A DNA stretch of 64,000 nucleotides, taken from the NCBI GenBank assembly GCA_029838195.1, contig JALGVJ010000007.1:1-64000 (forward strand). Reading direction: 5' to 3'. Below, piece by piece: positions 61,598 to 64,000 of the stretch (positions are counted from its first letter, which is position 1; every line of letters starts with the position of its first letter). Below the pieces are notes generated by a model. The model did not search any database. It was not told the DNA's origin and saw nothing but the letters and a program-made list of their open reading frames with translations. This DNA comes from Promethearchaeota archaeon. GTDB taxonomy: Archaea > Asgardarchaeota > Lokiarchaeia > Sigyniarchaeales > SOKP01. The position numbers and the translations under genes are program-made.

Positions 61598-62107
61598 ATG
61601 TACTATCATAAAAATCAAAATAAACTTTTGAATAATTTATTAAAACAATTATTTCATGAAAAGGATTGGAAAAGTAGAGCTGAGGCCGCTCGACAATTAG
61701 GTTTCCTTAAAGATGGGAGAGCAACAAATCTTTTATGTAGGGCTTTGAATTCTGAAAAAGATCCTAATGTCGTCATGAAAATTATTGAAGCCATGGGAAA
61801 TATAGGCGATCCTAAGGCAACCATGAAGATTATCGAAAAATTAAAAGAAGAATCTGAAAAAGCAATTGTCAATAAATATTTTATCATTAATGCGATTGAA
61901 GCATTGAAAAAATTAAAAGATAAGAGAGCCTTAATCTTTATTGGACATTACATAAATTCCGAGGATGATGAATTAAGAGAAATTGCTAAAAATGCTTTTG
62001 AAATCATTGAGCCTGCAAGAATTATCATTTGCCCGTATTGCTATACAAAAATTGATCTTGATTCCAAATTCTGTAAGGAGTGTGGAGAAAAGTTATTTTT
62101 TAAATAA
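61598..62107 (+). CDS. HEAT (PBS-lyase-like) repeat protein with a C-terminal double zinc ribbon
   Basis: RAEAARQLG, IIEAMGNIGD; CPYC...CKEC. Confidence 0.85.
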   Translation: MYYHKNQNKLLNNLLKQLFHEKDWKSRAEAARQLGFLKDGRATNLLCRALNSEKDPNVVMKIIEAMGNIGDPKATMKIIEKLKEESEKAIVNKYFIINAIEALKKLKDKRALIFIGHYINSEDDELREIAKNAFEIIEPARIIICPYCYTKIDLDSKFCKECGEKLFFK

Positions 62108-62289
62108 GATAATTAAATAATATTAGAGCCAAGTAGAAATCTTAACCCTTGAGATTGTTTATATCTTAATTTTTCAGAGAAGACCCCTTTTCTCAAAAAT
62201 AATAATTAATTAATAACTAAATTAAAAAGCCTTCCAGATTCATTTTTAGTATTAAATTTGAAAATAATGCTAACAGAAAGGAAATCTTC

Positions 62290-63396
62290 ATGAAAAAAAA
62301 TGTTTGTTGCTGGGATTTAGAAGGCCCCATCAGTGTTTTGGATTTTGCTGCGGAAATCGGAAGAATGTTAGGGAAAAAATCGGAATTAAATCTCAGTAAC
62401 TATGATATGGGGGAATTTTTTTCCATGATCTCTCTCTATGATGATTATTTAATCGAGGAGCAGGGTGTAAAAGAAAAATTAGGGATACCCGAATACCAAC
62501 CTGGTGATACGCTAAGAATAATGGCCCCAATGTATGTTGCCTGTTTCTCTAGCGGGGAATTAGAAAATTTAGCAAGACAAAACTTAGGAATCTTGCCCGG
62601 CTGTAAAGAATTAATGATGGTTTTACATGAAAATTGGGATGTTTACGTGATTTCTACGAGCTATACTCAATTCGCTTATAATGTTGCCAGAGAATTAAAT
62701 ATCCCTGAAGATCACGTGTATTGTACGGAATTAAACGTGGAGGAGTTGCGTGAGGGGCTGGTAAACATTGAGAAAGAAGTGAATGTTTTAGTTAAAGAAA
62801 TCTTTCAAAAATATCTTGATAACAACAAGAATTTAACCTCTATTATAGAAGATCTAAATACTTTCTTTTGGAGCGGAAACGAGTCGGATTATTTAAAAAT
62901 TATGAATAAAGTAAAAGTTAGAGGAGGCAAACGAAAAGAATTAGCAGTAGAAGAAATTTCAGAGAAAACCGGCATTCCAATTTCAAACATGATTGCACTC
63001 GGCGATTCGATTACAGATATTAACATGCTTCAAAGATTAAAAGACGATGGAGGGATTGCAGTTTCATTTAATGGTAATCGCTTTTCGGTAAAACGTGCAA
63101 ATATTGCAATTACTACCCCAAATAGTTTAGGAGCCTTACCCATATTTGAATTTAAAGATAATATTGTTGAATTCTTAAAAACATGGGAAGAGCATCAAGA
63201 CCAATTTAAAAATAATCCTAAAAACATTCCGAAGGACTTGATTTCTGAATTTGCGCGAAAGAAATTTATTAAACATGATTTTGTTCCCATGATTCATGAT
63301 TTACGTGCTAAAAATGAAGAGGAATTAAAAGCTATCATTGAACAACAAGTTGTCATGAGAAAAAGGGTAAGAGGATGGGTGGGATCGCTTGGATAA
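62290..63396 (+). CDS. Archaeal HAD-superfamily hydrolase (COG4030/EhaR-like)
   Basis: WDLEGP, ISTSY, GDSITD, SFNGN. Confidence 0.8.
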   Translation: MKKNVCCWDLEGPISVLDFAAEIGRMLGKKSELNLSNYDMGEFFSMISLYDDYLIEEQGVKEKLGIPEYQPGDTLRIMAPMYVACFSSGELENLARQNLGILPGCKELMMVLHENWDVYVISTSYTQFAYNVARELNIPEDHVYCTELNVEELREGLVNIEKEVNVLVKEIFQKYLDNNKNLTSIIEDLNTFFWSGNESDYLKIMNKVKVRGGKRKELAVEEISEKTGIPISNMIALGDSITDINMLQRLKDDGGIAVSFNGNRFSVKRANIAITTPNSLGALPIFEFKDNIVEFLKTWEEHQDQFKNNPKNIPKDLISEFARKKFIKHDFVPMIHDLRAKNEEELKAIIEQQVVMRKRVRGWVGSLG

Positions 63397-63520
63397 AATA
63401 ATCCCATTATTCATTAGAAATTCTAAAAATAATGGATAAAATAGGTATTATTTTACCGATTGAATCTCAGAAGAAATTGCTTGACGCCTTTCCGTGCTTG
63501 CTCGTGAGAGGCAGATTAAT

Positions 63521-64000
63521 TCAAATTTGACGATTCTTGACTAATTTTTTAAAATTTTTTCTTCCTACATAGAGCTTTAAAATTCGAGAAAAGAGCAAAA
63601 CATCCACGTAGAAAACAATAATTCCATATAAAAGGAGGATATATAAGGTTAAATTAAAGAGAATTAATGAAAAATATAGAAGCCACGTTGAATATAATAA
63701 AAAAAGGATGATGAGAAGATAAGCGATCATTCTTCTTTTTGATTCTTTTAAGTAAGTTCCCTTTGAAAGAAATTCTTGGCAGTTACAACATGTTAACGTT
63801 AACTCGACATCATATTTCTCTTTAAAATATAGTTTTTGAATGATTGTAAACATGCGTTCAATTCGGATGCCACATAAAGCACATTTAAATCTCTTGGATT
63901 CTTTAGATAAAATTTTATCAAGTCTCGCTTTCGAAAAATAACATTCATCATTTTGATAATGACTACACGTCTTACAGGTCAATTTGAGTTCTAAAAATTG
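63521..64000 (-). CDS. Zn-binding membrane protein, 5' end outside the window
   Basis: Several Cys pairs and two C-terminal TMs; the frame stays open to the window edge. Confidence 0.7.
   Translation of the reverse strand, partial: QFLELKLTCKTCSHYQNDECYFSKARLDKILSKESKRFKCALCGIRIERMFTIIQKLYFKEKYDVELTLTCCNCQEFLSKGTYLKESKRRMIAYLLIILFLLYSTWLLYFSLILFNLTLYILLLYGIIVFYVDVLLFSRILKLYVGRKNFKKLVKNRQI

Noticed and set aside
61598-62107. Double zinc ribbon shared with the 51033 protein
   Set aside because: A common promiscuous C-terminal domain; not informative

Overview
AT-rich archaeal chromosome segment, most likely Asgard (Lokiarchaeia-like), inferred from longin-like domains, two small GTPases with long extensions, HEAT/solenoid proteins, an archaeal TFB paralogue and archaeal-type purD/TrmJ. 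Three parts. (1) 0.3-4.7 kb: a small defence-type island (OLD/TOPRIM ABC nuclease, DUF4065-like antitoxin plus PIN toxin, TGT-fold-like protein). (2) 5.2-32.7 kb: an uncharacterised cluster with a 2437-aa repeat-rich protein, an intact HerA/FtsK-type ATPase, a 1306-aa membrane VirB4/HerA-like pseudo-ATPase, three similar 2-TM pilin-like proteins, a HEXXH membrane peptidase, a membrane-anchored HhH protein, a surface protein, a divergent TFB and a second cyclin-fold protein. Its genes share an unusual T-tract+TATA upstream motif. I propose it as a Ced/T4SS-like transfer or secretion machine with its own transcription factor. A 4.1-kb nuclease cassette bounded by 59-bp direct repeats is inserted in it. 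(3) 33-64 kb: housekeeping and eukaryote-signature genes. This part includes a gene split by a structured 40/52-nt insertion (candidate mRNA intron or recoding element), a Rab-like GTPase operon whose three products share a helical motif, and a candidate small ncRNA. No tRNA, rRNA, CRISPR array, integrase, relaxase or transposase was recognised. All calls come from reading motifs by eye, not from database searches.
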